Source: a virus
Taxonomy: Duplodnaviria > Caudoviricetes
Length of the DNA: 59,781 nucleotides
Virus record (IMG/VR): IMGVR_UViG_3300009419_000837
Span: 1-59,781 of that record
Reading direction: 5' to 3' (one strand)
Of the stretch, positions 1-9,397 are shown piece after piece; the first letter of the stretch is position 1; each line of letters starts with the position of its first letter. Below the pieces are notes generated by a model. That model was not told the DNA's origin and did not search any database. It worked only from the letters and a program-made list of their open reading frames with translations. Both the position numbers and the translations under genes were made by a program.

Positions 1-206
1 ATTCCATAAGCAGCGCCTGATGTCTTCTTAACGAATGTACGTGAAGGCTTGGCTTGCTTATATGGATCTGTTGCGCCCTTAATGTTGCCTGTCTTCTTTA
101 CAAGCGTACCCTTTTCAGGCTTTGCTGTGTGACTTGCAATTGGTGCAGAACCTGCACCCAATGAAGTAGGGGCGATTGGTGCTTTGTTCTTAGTTGAATC
201 AGTCAT
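1..206 (-). CDS. Hypothetical Lys/Ala/Pro-rich protein, runs off the window edge (MTDSTKNKAPIAPTSLGAG...)
   Basis: Manually translated. ATG at 206 follows GAAGGAAA SD, and the frame is open to position 1. Not in the ORF track. Confidence 0.7.
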   Translation of the reverse strand, partial: MTDSTKNKAPIAPTSLGAGSAPIASHTAKPEKGTLVKKTGNIKGATDPYKQAKPSRTFVKKTSGAAYG

Positions 207-250
207 TGTGTTTCCTTCGGCCAAAGGTTGGAAAAATAAATGTACCAGTA

Positions 251-523
251 TTAACTGGTTTTTACCTCGAATACGATGGCAGATATCTGACCATCATGAC
301 TCTCGATAGTTGAAAATCCGGGAACGCAGACCAAGTCAATGCCTCTAGGAGCTGTATAGCCTCTAGCGATAGCGATTGCTTTTACTGCTTGGTTTACTGC
401 TCCCGCACCAACTGCTCTGATCTTGCATCCTCGTGTTTCATAAACACTATGGGCAATAGCAGACGCTACTGATTGCGGGTTTGAGCCAGCGCTTACACGC
501 AGGATTTGTTCTTCTGTAGACAT
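251..523 (-). CDS. spoVS: Stage V sporulation protein S (SpoVS, Alba-like fold) homolog
   Basis: LRVSAGSNPQSVASAIA...IRAVGAGAVNQAVKAIAIARG...DLVCVPGF...ISAIVF matches the SpoVS signature; GAGGTG SD. Confidence 0.92.
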   Translation of the reverse strand: MSTEEQILRVSAGSNPQSVASAIAHSVYETRGCKIRAVGAGAVNQAVKAIAIARGYTAPRGIDLVCVPGFSTIESHDGQISAIVFEVKTS

Positions 524-595
524 TTAGTGCACCTCGGGTTACGTATAGTGGGTCTCCCTACGTAAATTATGAGGGTAAATACAGAAGGTGTAAGG

Positions 596-772
596 CTAAA
601 TCCGATTATCTATTGGGGTGGGGGCTGTAGCCTGTGTGCCGCATAAATAACACTCCATATCCAGCATATACAGGGATATCTCCCCGTCCTCAAACATGGC
701 TTTAACGTTCCACAGGGTGGAGCCGCATATACAAACCTCTAGGGGCTTGTCCTTGTCTCTAAGATCAAACAT
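596..772 (-). CDS. Small Cys-rich (CxC...CxxC) hypothetical protein
   Basis: VCICGS and MECYLCG motifs. Start moved to ATG 772, which overlaps the end of the upstream gene. Confidence 0.6.
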   Translation of the reverse strand: MFDLRDKDKPLEVCICGSTLWNVKAMFEDGEISLYMLDMECYLCGTQATAPTPIDNRI

Positions 773-995
773 TCCACTTAGCCCTAAACTCGTCAATAAG
801 TTTGCGGTTTTTTTCAATCTCCTGCTCGATCAGCAACTGTTCTTCCTCGGACATCTTGTCCTTGTTGTCTTGGTAAAAACGAAGTCCAACCTCGAAGTTG
901 TTCTCAAACATTGTGATCTGAGCTTCTCGGCGTTGCTTTACAAACTCTTCTGCCTCGGCTTTACGAGCAGCTCTTTTGTCTTGAGTTTTACTCAT
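765..995 (-). CDS. Hypothetical helical protein
   Basis: Overlaps both neighbours in the operon; AAGGAG SD. Confidence 0.65.
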   Translation of the reverse strand: MSKTQDKRAARKAEAEEFVKQRREAQITMFENNFEVGLRFYQDNKDKMSEEEQLLIEQEIEKNRKLIDEFRAKWNV

Positions 996-1155
996 TAACG
1001 TTCTCCTTTGACCAGTCTAGCCATTCAAAAATTAAATCATTAAGGTCGATTTCATCAACAAAACCTGATTCATGAAGATGCTCAATAAAGTCTTCATCTG
1101 CGACTACAACTGGCATATCTAAACCTACATCCATAAAACCTGAGTACTTTTTCAT
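988..1155 (-). CDS. Small acidic hypothetical protein
   Basis: ATGA coupling at 1152-1155 with the upstream zinc-ribbon gene. Confidence 0.55.
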   Translation of the reverse strand: MKKYSGFMDVGLDMPVVVADEDFIEHLHESGFVDEIDLNDLIFEWLDWSKENVNE

Positions 1156-1322
1156 CCTTGTCCTCCCCATCCTCCGCCTTTAAAGTGAACTGCTGGTGGT
1201 GTCCACACCTTTGTCATAAAGTTTCCGCACTTAGAGCAGGTGGGTCTATCAGTAGCGCTAATAGACATGTGCATTTCAACGGTGCTATCACAAGGCACAC
1301 AAGTGAAGTCATACTTCGGCAT
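1152..1322 (-). CDS. FmdB-family zinc-ribbon protein (56 aa; MPKYDFTCVPCD...PTCSKCG...PAVHFKGGGW)
   Basis: Manually translated. MP-x-Y-x-(F/Y)-x-CxxC...CxxC...FKGxGW signature; TAATG and ATGA coupling at the two ends. Missing from the ORF track. Confidence 0.85.
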   Translation of the reverse strand: MPKYDFTCVPCDSTVEMHMSISATDRPTCSKCGNFMTKVWTPPAVHFKGGGWGGQG

Positions 1323-1894
1323 TACTTTTCCCTACCTTCTGCGGTTTGTAGTTTTTCGTAAATTTCTTTTTCGTACTCCATCTTACCCTTTCCAGAAACA
1401 ATATGCGCTAGCCCATAAGAGTCTGCGGCGTTGTCATCTGGAAACTCTACGCCCCACTTTTTGTATACCTGAAGTAGCATCTGGTTTTTTTGTACGCCGT
1501 TCCCTCTGCCAGTTACGTACTTCTTTAAACTGGTTGGGGCAACAATCATTGGGTGCTTGCCTTTGTTTAGGTTGTCCATGCCGTATAAAGCTAGTTTCAC
1601 AGCGCCACCTAGTTCACCTGACTGGGCTACTCCAAACTCTCTTCCATAGGCGTAGCCTTCTATGGCAACATCTGAAACGTCGCAACACTTAATAGCCTCG
1701 TTTAAAGTTCCCTTAACGTGCTCTTGGATTTCAAACAACCGCTCAACACCACTGCTTTCAAACTTAGCTACCGTGGTTTTGTACGAGTTATCTTCGCCTA
1801 ATAGGGTTATAGCAAATCCACTATAAGACTGATCTATGCCTACCCAACACTTTTTGTTGGGTGTAACACCATCACCAAATGTCTTTAGTCTCAT
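1322..1894 (-). CDS. ruvC: RuvC-like Holliday junction resolvase
   Basis: VGIDQS, VAIEGY, PTSLKKYVTGRGN..K, DDNAADSYGLA RuvC motifs. Confidence 0.85.
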   Translation of the reverse strand: MRLKTFGDGVTPNKKCWVGIDQSYSGFAITLLGEDNSYKTTVAKFESSGVERLFEIQEHVKGTLNEAIKCCDVSDVAIEGYAYGREFGVAQSGELGGAVKLALYGMDNLNKGKHPMIVAPTSLKKYVTGRGNGVQKNQMLLQVYKKWGVEFPDDNAADSYGLAHIVSGKGKMEYEKEIYEKLQTAEGREK

Positions 1895-2391
1895 GGAAAC
1901 ATCCGACTACCACGAGTGGCTTGGTTAGACCCAGAAGTTCTACGGGTTAACTCACGACTTACTAACTGTGTGCTTCTATCAATGTTGTTAACCATAACTT
2001 CAATTAACTTACGATAAGCGTATTTTGCTGATAGACCTTCACGCAGGTAAGTAATGTCTGGATCTGACGCCATTCGAGCCTTGATTAACGTCACAGTATC
2101 TTTTTTGTTTTCTTCGTAAGAAAGGATGTACTTCTTACTCTCTGCTAAATCTAAATCTTGTTCTGCGTTCTTTTCATCTATTACAGCACAAGCGTACTGA
2201 GCAGATAAAAAGTTTGCATACGCAGTTAACTTACTAAATAACTGCATTAATCCTTCATCATCTAATTCTGTAATATCTTCTGGGACTTCTGGTAACTTCA
2301 ATTCCATTTTTGTTTGGAATTGAAAACCTTGAGTCTGCAAAGATTCGATTACCGTTTGACTGGTACCAGCATTAATCGCTAGTTGGCTCAC
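1891..2391 (-). CDS. Helical protein, possibly a UvsY-like recombination mediator
   Basis: GTG at 2391 after GAGGAG SD. Coiled-coil character and position in the RecA operon; function is inference. Confidence 0.5.
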   Translation of the reverse strand: MSQLAINAGTSQTVIESLQTQGFQFQTKMELKLPEVPEDITELDDEGLMQLFSKLTAYANFLSAQYACAVIDEKNAEQDLDLAESKKYILSYEENKKDTVTLIKARMASDPDITYLREGLSAKYAYRKLIEVMVNNIDRSTQLVSRELTRRTSGSNQATRGSRMFP

Positions 2392-3256
2392 CTTGGTTCT
2401 CCTCTGTGTAATGGCTGCATTTTTTACATCCTGCCGCACCATTAATATTACAGAGGGGAGGGGTACCTTTGTCAATTGCTGAAATGATGTTAGCCGCTGC
2501 TTCAAACAGGTCAGCGACACCAAAATCGCTCTTTCGTACTACAAACTCTTTGATCTCATGCAAGCCTTTAGCCTCATAAATAAGAATGGCTTCTTGAGGA
2601 GCGTCTTTCAGCTCCATAAGTTCCATTAACTTCATATAAATCTGAGCTTGCATAATATGTTCTAGGAAAGGAGCTTTTACGTTAGCCCACATCTTTTTAA
2701 AGTCGTTTTCGCTTTCGTAGGCAATGTCTGGGGCATACCAGCGAATACTGCCTTCACCGATTGACTTAACCTCTAGCAGTAAAGAGTCGCCAAAATCCAC
2801 AAGCCATCCATCTGCTTTTCCAGAAATGCGTAAAGGTTTGTAATAAACAGGGACTTCTTTGTACTTTAAATCGCAAAAATCATCTGCTTCGTGGTCAGAG
2901 GCTAAACCAAACCAAGCGTCCTTGCAGGTACGGCATATCCATTCGCCTTTAATCTGATCCATCTCTGTGAACCAAGTCTGCCAAATATCATGGATGGCGT
3001 GACCATGTGCAAATATAAGTGCACGTCGAAGGCTCATAACTTCTGGTGCTGGGGCTTCGCCTTTTAGCCAGAAGTACTGGGCTCTGTGACACCAACTAGC
3101 AGATGCCATCTCTGATGGATGGATAACTGTTGTTGATCTATCATCTTTTGGTTTAGAAATAATGTGTCGCTCTACGGCGCCAATCACTCTGGTGCTCTTG
3201 TCAGTCTTTAAAAACGCTTTCAATGCACCAGTTGGTTTCACTTTTTGCGTACCCAT
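2372..3256 (-). CDS. Cas4-like PD-(D/E)XK exonuclease
   Basis: HPSE..WC, GHAIH, ISGKADG, LLEVKS, QAQIYM and a C-terminal C...CKKC cluster. Confidence 0.85.
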   Translation of the reverse strand: MGTQKVKPTGALKAFLKTDKSTRVIGAVERHIISKPKDDRSTTVIHPSEMASASWCHRAQYFWLKGEAPAPEVMSLRRALIFAHGHAIHDIWQTWFTEMDQIKGEWICRTCKDAWFGLASDHEADDFCDLKYKEVPVYYKPLRISGKADGWLVDFGDSLLLEVKSIGEGSIRWYAPDIAYESENDFKKMWANVKAPFLEHIMQAQIYMKLMELMELKDAPQEAILIYEAKGLHEIKEFVVRKSDFGVADLFEAAANIISAIDKGTPPLCNINGAAGCKKCSHYTEENQGEPTSD

Positions 3257-3564
3257 TCCTCTAATGTTTTTCCGTGTTTAGCAGCTTTGCGCTTCAGAGC
3301 GTTTCGCTCACGATGCGATAAGCCACCCCATATTCCGTGTTGTTCATCGTTACCTTCGGCATAGAGCAAACACTCTAACCTCACGGGACATTCTGCCTTA
3401 CCGTCTTTGCCAAAGCAAACTGACTTTGCGCGGTCGGCAATAGTTTTGTATTTAGTTTTGTCCCTAGGCGGAAACCAATCGTCGGTCTCTGGACTGTCGC
3501 ACATACCACGGCACTTAGCCTGATATCGCCACTTTTCTACGCCTTCGTCTTCGAACAAGAGCAC
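3238..3564 (-). CDS. whiB: WhiB-family Fe-S transcription factor
   Basis: W..QAKC, AKSVC, CPVRLECL, HGIWGGLSHRER. Confidence 0.93.
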   Translation of the reverse strand: MLLFEDEGVEKWRYQAKCRGMCDSPETDDWFPPRDKTKYKTIADRAKSVCFGKDGKAECPVRLECLLYAEGNDEQHGIWGGLSHRERNALKRKAAKHGKTLEEWVRKK

Positions 3565-3878
3565 TCCTGAAGTTTCTGGCGCTGCTCTAGAAAGTCGTCC
3601 TCTAACTGCATTATGTAGTCTTCACCATTAAGGTGAAAGCCAAGGACAGGCATGCGACCGTCAAGAATTGCTTCAGTAACGATCTTTTCTAGAACCGCAG
3701 CCTTGATGGTCACGGATGCTTTGCCAGTCCACTTATGCTCTACGAGCAAATCTTTGGACCTGACATCGCCTTTTCGACTCCAAAAAGCACCGCTGGCAGC
3801 AGTGCGCTGACCATCGATGGCTTTTGCAAGCCTATCCTCATGCTTCCTTGACTCCTTTTGTCCTTTACTCTTCGTCAT
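3537..3878 (-). CDS. Hjc-like PD-(D/E)XK nuclease / Holliday junction resolvase
   Basis: HEDRLAK...SGA...GDV...VEHK motif. Confidence 0.7.
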   Translation of the reverse strand: MTKSKGQKESRKHEDRLAKAIDGQRTAASGAFWSRKGDVRSKDLLVEHKWTGKASVTIKAAVLEKIVTEAILDGRMPVLGFHLNGEDYIMQLEDDFLEQRQKLQECSCSKTKA

Positions 3879-4950
3879 CTTCTGGCTCTACAACGTACTT
3901 AGATCCAGCCTTGACGGTTTCAAGAACATCCTTCTCCAGTGTTTCTCGCAGATCAATCTCTTCTTTGATGGAGCTAACCATAGCATCTGCGCCCTGCCAT
4001 TGCCTTTGCTCTCCGTTAAATGTGTAGCGGTAATAGGCACCAGCTCTAGTAATAACCTTGTTAATAATGCCTAGAGCAACGATTTCCTTAGCGAAATCAA
4101 AGTCGCCTGGCGGAACGGTTCCACCGTCAGCAAAGTAAAAGTCCATATATGCAACCTGTGATGGCGGGGCTGACTTGTTCTTAAGGGTTCTAGCCTTAAT
4201 AGTCTGACCTACACGGCGCTTGGCTTCTCCTGTTCCTACCTCAATCCATTCGTCGCGCTTGATCTCAACGCGAGTAAAGAATGCGTAGTTCTTACCTTTG
4301 CCACCCGGTGTTGTGCGAGGATCGCCGTACATAACGCCAACCTTGTCGCGCCATTGGTTAATCATCAAACCAATAAATGGTCGTTCATCCTCAATAAGAC
4401 TTCTCTTAGATGCCTTACCGACCTTACGGAAGAACTTGTTGGTCATAAGTGCGCCACGACCTACAGTGAATTCTTCCATTTCTTTCTGATCTTCTGCACT
4501 AGGTACGAGAGCAGGAAGGGAGTCGATAACAATGCAATCAACAGCCTTGCTTTCAATAATCTGGATAACCGCTTCATACACTTCCTCCATAATATTTGAC
4601 TCAATAATAAACAACCGCGATACGTCCACACCACACAGCTCAGCATATGAAGGCACCCACTGCTCAGCAGCAACCCACACAGCAGTCCAGTCTGGGTTTT
4701 TCTGTTGGTTAGCGGCGATAGTCTTAAACGCAATAGCAGTCTTACCGTTAGATTCTTCTCCAACAATTTCATGCCATTGATTAATAGGCCAGCCCCCACC
4801 AAGTGCTACATCTAGGGCTAGTGAACCAGTAGTAAAGCGTTCTGATAAGTCTCTGATGTCAGAGCCAATAACAATAGTGTCTTGACCAAACTTCTTATTT
4901 AATTTTGCTACGACTTTTAATAGATCCGAATTAAGCGCCACTTTAGTCAT
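3865..4950 (-). CDS. recA: RecA-like recombinase
   Basis: TGSLALDVALGGG, Walker A GEESNGKT, IVIDSLPAL, INQWRDKVGVMYGDPRTTPGG. Start at ATG 4950 (TAATG coupling). Confidence 0.95.
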   Translation of the reverse strand: MTKVALNSDLLKVVAKLNKKFGQDTIVIGSDIRDLSERFTTGSLALDVALGGGWPINQWHEIVGEESNGKTAIAFKTIAANQQKNPDWTAVWVAAEQWVPSYAELCGVDVSRLFIIESNIMEEVYEAVIQIIESKAVDCIVIDSLPALVPSAEDQKEMEEFTVGRGALMTNKFFRKVGKASKRSLIEDERPFIGLMINQWRDKVGVMYGDPRTTPGGKGKNYAFFTRVEIKRDEWIEVGTGEAKRRVGQTIKARTLKNKSAPPSQVAYMDFYFADGGTVPPGDFDFAKEIVALGIINKVITRAGAYYRYTFNGEQRQWQGADAMVSSIKEEIDLRETLEKDVLETVKAGSKYVVEPEDDEE

Positions 4951-5324
4951 TAACCTAACTTTCCAATAATTGTTGTTGGATTCCATCCGCCTGTTGCTAC
5001 TTGTACTGCTGCTTGCGTAGGTCCAGAAGGTGTTGGACCTCCAGTAATTCCTTTACCCATACCGCTACCGCTTTGTACGATTGGATAACCGCATTCATAA
5101 CAACGTGGCTTTGTTCCTTCGATACTTCCGTAGTTACCTCCACCACAACTTGGGCAACGTGACGCCTGTGCAGACGCTGTTGGTCTAGCTCCTTGTTGTT
5201 GTTGAAAAGATGGAGCTGCGGAGGGAGGGGCGTATGTCATGGGAACTTGCGACGGAGGTAGTGGCATCTCTTGACGTGTAGTTTGAGGCTGACCTAATTT
5301 GTTTGCCCACCAGTTATTACTCAT
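4950..5324 (-). CDS. Pro/Gln-rich protein with zinc ribbon
   Basis: CPSCG...CYECG. Confidence 0.65.
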   Translation of the reverse strand: MSNNWWANKLGQPQTTRQEMPLPPSQVPMTYAPPSAAPSFQQQQGARPTASAQASRCPSCGGGNYGSIEGTKPRCYECGYPIVQSGSGMGKGITGGPTPSGPTQAAVQVATGGWNPTTIIGKLG

Positions 5325-5766
5325 ACGCTATGTCTCCTTGGACTGTGTCTGTGCTGATAATACCCAATTCTAAGCCAGATGCAAAAGCGGCTATAAGAGC
5401 AGAATGACCTACTTGACGATACAACTCTTCTATATGTGCTTTCTCTTCTGTTAGGTCATTTGGGTCTAACTGACCGCTAGTGATGTAATGGTCAAACTGT
5501 AACTCGGTAATGCTTCTAGCGTTGATCTCAGTAATTGTTTCTATAAAAGGAAGCAAGGGAGCAACTCTAATTAACCGCTGGTCGCTGTCTTCTTCCTCTT
5601 TAGCGTCTCCTTCAAGACTTACTGGCATCATGCCGACTAAATCGGCTAACTTGTTTGGCTCTTCTAAACCTGCGTCGTAAAAATACCAACGAGCAATGAC
5701 AGCCATAGGGATTGCTGTACTAAAACTTTCTGGTTCTGGTTCGTTTTTCTTCCAAAACTTACGCAC
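5317..5766 (-). CDS. Hypothetical protein
   Basis: GTG start overlaps the polA stop (TAGTG). Confidence 0.65.
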   Translation of the reverse strand: MRKFWKKNEPEPESFSTAIPMAVIARWYFYDAGLEEPNKLADLVGMMPVSLEGDAKEEEDSDQRLIRVAPLLPFIETITEINARSITELQFDHYITSGQLDPNDLTEEKAHIEELYRQVGHSALIAAFASGLELGIISTDTVQGDIAYE

Positions 5767-7721
5767 TATTTTGCCTCTCCCCAACGCTCTACAACCTTTA
5801 CATCAGCAATCAATGGGATATCTAACAGTTTGATATCTTCCATCGCGGTTCTGATTGCGGCCTCTGTCTCATCGACCAAATGGTCTGGAGTTAGGGTCAC
5901 AAGTTCATCGTGAACTGTAAGTATTAGTTTAGCCTCTTTGGGGATAAGTGCGTGTGCTCGAACCATAGCCAGCTTAATGATGTCCGCTGCTGATCCTTGA
6001 ATCTTGGTGTTGAACGCTTGGCGCTCTGCCCCTGCCCGGTCAGACTTATCGCCAGAGTTCATCTCAGGCAAGTACCTACGTCTTCCTAAGATAGTGGTTA
6101 CATATGGGATTGGCTTTTCTTTATTGCCAATTTTTTTAGTAGACACCAGTACCTTAAACTTGTAAGAACTAATGGAAGGGAAACGCTCGGAGAATCGATC
6201 CAGTAAGTCTTTAGCCTCTTGCTTTGTACAACCAATAGAACGAGCGATCTTTTCTGGACCTACTCCGTACGACATAGCAAGAACTAAAACCTTTCCAGCC
6301 TTACGATCTACACCCATTTCGTTTCCTACCGTGGTGTAAATGTCTCCGCCGTCTAAGTAGTTCTGCATCATAATTGGGTCTTTTGAAAAGGAAGCAATTA
6401 CTCGAGGCTCAATCTGTGAGTAGTCCGCTACGATAAATTTGTGACCCTCAGGCGCTCTGAATAAGTTACGAATAGCTTTACCGTGCTCTGTGTGAGGCGC
6501 AGGTACATTCTGCAAATTAGGGTTTCTACTTGAGAAACGGCCCGTTTCGGCTCCGTGCTGAATGAAGTCACAGTGAATGCGGTTATTTATAAGGAGACTG
6601 TCCTTATGCTCAATTCGTATCTTTCCAGCAGTAGTACGTGTAACCTCTCCGCCAAGATACGGAACGACGTAAGTGGTGTGTAACTTATTTAAATCAGCAT
6701 AGGTGAGGAGTGCGTCCACTAGTGGGTCTTGTCCTCTGTAAGCCTCAAGAGCCTCAGCTGATACAGAGTCTCCGCCCTTGGCTGTAATAATCTTAGGCTT
6801 AAGCCCACGACCGCCTTCAGACTTAGATCCGTACAGAATCTTTTGCTTATCTGCGTTCGAGTTAATGTTGAACTGCTGACCGGCAACCTTAAAGATCTCA
6901 GCCTTTGCGGTCTCAATGTCTTCTTTCAATCTAGCATCTAAAGACTCAAGAGCGCTCATGTCTATGGGAGCGCCAGTTAGCTTCATGTCGCAAAGAACCT
7001 TCAGAACGTCCATCTCAAGTTTCATAACACCAGTTACTTGGTTTTCTTCTAGTTTCTTTACAAGAATCTTCCAAAGCAAGAAAGTGTACTTAGCATCTAG
7101 GTAAGCGTATTTTGCAACTTCATTAAAGGAGTAGACCTCTACCTGAGCGCCAACGCCCTTCTCCATTACAAAACCAATCTCACGCTTCAAACAATCTGCT
7201 AAACCGCATCGGTTTTTATTACGGTTATCGTACAGAAATGATGCAATCATTGTGTCAAAGTAAGGACCTACTGGGTAGTTCCCGTCGTAGTATTTTGCTA
7301 CAGAAGTTAAGTCAAATACTAAGTTGTGACCAATCTTTAATATCTTGTCGTTAAACATAAGAGGTTTAAGGGAAGAAAAAACCTCTGCTGGAAACAACTG
7401 TGCCGGTGCCTCGCTAAAAACTTTAGTTGCTTTTTTAGAATCGCGTGAGTAATCACTTGGTCTAGCGGGAAGACCTTGCTCTACTCTTTTCTCGCCTTGA
7501 CCAGTAAGAGGATAAACAACCTCTAGTAAATCACCATTAGGGTGACCCATAGGAATAACGTCACACCTACCATGAGTAGCAAAAGTAATCCAAAGAACTT
7601 CATTAACAGGAGTATCACCTCGACGATCTCCGACCGTCTCAACGTCAAACGCAAAAGCATCTTGCTCAAGGTAATACGCAACCATTTCGTCTAGTTGATC
7701 GTTTGTAAGAATAATATTCAT
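5766..7721 (-). CDS. polA: Family A DNA polymerase with 3'-5' exonuclease domain
   Basis: AFDVET, GHNLVFD, YAYLDA exonuclease motifs; TGRFSSRNPNLQN, ADYSQIEPR, RKAGKVLVLAMSYG, IQGSAAD, TVHDEL polymerase motifs. Confidence 0.96.
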   Translation of the reverse strand: MNIILTNDQLDEMVAYYLEQDAFAFDVETVGDRRGDTPVNEVLWITFATHGRCDVIPMGHPNGDLLEVVYPLTGQGEKRVEQGLPARPSDYSRDSKKATKVFSEAPAQLFPAEVFSSLKPLMFNDKILKIGHNLVFDLTSVAKYYDGNYPVGPYFDTMIASFLYDNRNKNRCGLADCLKREIGFVMEKGVGAQVEVYSFNEVAKYAYLDAKYTFLLWKILVKKLEENQVTGVMKLEMDVLKVLCDMKLTGAPIDMSALESLDARLKEDIETAKAEIFKVAGQQFNINSNADKQKILYGSKSEGGRGLKPKIITAKGGDSVSAEALEAYRGQDPLVDALLTYADLNKLHTTYVVPYLGGEVTRTTAGKIRIEHKDSLLINNRIHCDFIQHGAETGRFSSRNPNLQNVPAPHTEHGKAIRNLFRAPEGHKFIVADYSQIEPRVIASFSKDPIMMQNYLDGGDIYTTVGNEMGVDRKAGKVLVLAMSYGVGPEKIARSIGCTKQEAKDLLDRFSERFPSISSYKFKVLVSTKKIGNKEKPIPYVTTILGRRRYLPEMNSGDKSDRAGAERQAFNTKIQGSAADIIKLAMVRAHALIPKEAKLILTVHDELVTLTPDHLVDETEAAIRTAMEDIKLLDIPLIADVKVVERWGEAK

Positions 7722-7738
7722 AGTGTGTCCCCCAAAGG

Positions 7739-7775
7739 CTAGGAGGTGCTGGGGGGATCATCCAACACCTCCTAG
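7739..7775 (-). promoter_or_regulatory. Strong stem-loop between the SSB gene and polA (attenuator or mRNA stabiliser)
   Basis: CTAGGAGGTG...CACCTCCTAG inverted repeat just upstream of the polA ribosome-binding site; only a short U tract follows. Confidence 0.55.
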
Positions 7776-7786
7776 ACAGTTATTGG

Positions 7787-8458
7787 TTAGAGCAGGCTAG
7801 CTGCAATGTCTGTTAGAACGGCAATGCTATCCTCGCGGATTTCAGAACGCTCAAATGGCTTGAAGTTAGCAATTGCTGCTTCTACTTCAGCCTCGTTAAT
7901 TCCGTAATCTTCTGCAAGATCACGACCCTTAACTGACATTAAATTGTAAACAGTCTGCTGCTTTACTCCTGTGCGACTAATCGCCCAGTAGTTGCGAGTC
8001 AAAGGTCCCTGTGGGGAAAACTCACCAGCATGCAAAGTCTTGTACAAACGAGGTGTTGCAATCAACATCTGGCGTTGGTAAGGCTTTGCTGAAAGATTAA
8101 CAATAGAAAACGCACGCTTTGTCTCTGGCTTATCGCCAAGCTTTACACAAAGTGGGCAGTTGTCGCCAATACAGACGTATGAACGTCGACCTTCGGTCTT
8201 TTCCTTAAGGAAGTGCTGGCGGTAATTAGCAAATGGTCCACCAGTATCAATAAAACGAATTAACTGGAATGACTCTGAGTGCTTGAACTCAGTCGGAAAC
8301 TCTGTAGGAGTTGTGACTAGTTGTTCGGCGGCTTCCCAACCTGATTGAACAGCGGTTGATGAAGTGGATTGAGTTGGACGATCTTCCACTGAGAAAGATT
8401 CGTCTTCTACCTGACCGTATGTTGTTGCATCCGGTGTATCTGTTGTGTTTACGCCCAT
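7787..8458 (-). CDS. Single-stranded DNA-binding protein (gp32-like)
   Basis: LIRFID...RQHF...YVCIGDNCPLC, acidic ends, next to polA. Confidence 0.7.
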   Translation of the reverse strand: MGVNTTDTPDATTYGQVEDESFSVEDRPTQSTSSTAVQSGWEAAEQLVTTPTEFPTEFKHSESFQLIRFIDTGGPFANYRQHFLKEKTEGRRSYVCIGDNCPLCVKLGDKPETKRAFSIVNLSAKPYQRQMLIATPRLYKTLHAGEFSPQGPLTRNYWAISRTGVKQQTVYNLMSVKGRDLAEDYGINEAEVEAAIANFKPFERSEIREDSIAVLTDIAASLL

Positions 8459-8494
8459 GGGCGGTTTTCTCCTTATCGCAGTTGTTTGCAGTTA

Positions 8495-8947
8495 TTAAGC
8501 AGTTTCCTCAGCTAAAGATTTCTCCCAAGCCTCGGCTATTTCATCAGTGACCTTGCGGTACTTCTCCCAGTCTATACGCTTCACGTGCAAAACGCCAAAC
8601 TTAGTAAATATCGCTACCGCTGATTCGATCATTGATCGGCTGTACAAGCGCCTACCTTGTCGTTCCTCACCGTTTTTGTCAATTGTTGTTGGCAAACGGT
8701 AAGGCGATGTTGGAAGTTGCCCTTCGCTCATCCATAGTTTTAGAGTAATAACTGGGCGACCTAACGCTTTTGCTAATGCTCCTATGGTGAACAAATCTAG
8801 TTCTTTTCCGTTAGGCATAACGGTTGGACGAGGATGTGAATCCCACTCAACCTGCTTAACTTCTTTTACTTTTTCCTCACGACGTTTGCGTTTACTACCT
8901 GGGTAGTTTAGATCGGCAAACGTTTGATCAATAAAATCTTCTGTCAT
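8495..8947 (-). CDS. MerR-like helix-turn-helix DNA-binding protein
   Basis: LFTIGALAKALGRPVITLKLW..EG.LP...RRLYS. Confidence 0.75.
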   Translation of the reverse strand: MTEDFIDQTFADLNYPGSKRKRREEKVKEVKQVEWDSHPRPTVMPNGKELDLFTIGALAKALGRPVITLKLWMSEGQLPTSPYRLPTTIDKNGEERQGRRLYSRSMIESAVAIFTKFGVLHVKRIDWEKYRKVTDEIAEAWEKSLAEETA

Positions 8948-9333
8948 AGTACGAAAGCGAACGATACCTTTGCTGGGAACATTGCGTCAATATCTTCTTC
9001 TGTTAATTGACCTTTGTAAAACGCAGCCATAATTGCATCTTCGCTAACGGTTGGAATCATGATGATGCAGTCGTCTTTAATGCCACGTTCTGCTAGCAAT
9101 TGATCTGCTACATCCATGTTGAGTGCTTTTGATACTCGACGTTGATTTGTTACTTTAATATCTTCATCAAGCTCTAAAGTGATGTGTCCGCGACCATCTA
9201 CTTCGCCAAGTTCTTGCACGGCTTCGTTGAGACGCTTTTTAATTTCTGATTGACGATCAGATAGGAATTTAATTTGCTCTTTGAGAGCTAAGTATTGTTT
9301 TGCCTCATTAGTAAGGCTCTGCTTGTCTGACAT
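8944..9333 (-). CDS. Hypothetical phage protein (N-terminal coiled coil)
   Basis: First gene after the promoter at about 9365-9406; GAAGGGG SD. Confidence 0.7.
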   Translation of the reverse strand: MSDKQSLTNEAKQYLALKEQIKFLSDRQSEIKKRLNEAVQELGEVDGRGHITLELDEDIKVTNQRRVSKALNMDVADQLLAERGIKDDCIIMIPTVSEDAIMAAFYKGQLTEEDIDAMFPAKVSFAFVL

Positions 9334-9364
9334 TGGGTCCCCTTCTGTTGTGGTGAGAAACTAC

Positions 9365-9387
9365 ACCTTACAGTGGGGCACTGACAA
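9365..9387 (-). promoter_or_regulatory. RecA-NDp / PafBC-type DNA-damage promoter consensus
   Basis: Minus strand TTGTCAGTG-CCCCACTG(8 nt)-TAAGGT fits the actinobacterial tTGTCRgtg-N8-TANNNT consensus. Confidence 0.7.
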
Positions 9388-9397
9388 ATCGAGGAAC

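Noticed and set aside
2372-3256. CRISPR-Cas system suggested by the Cas4-like gene
   Set aside because: No repeat-spacer array or other cas genes seen; solo Cas4-like exonucleases are common in phage recombination modules.
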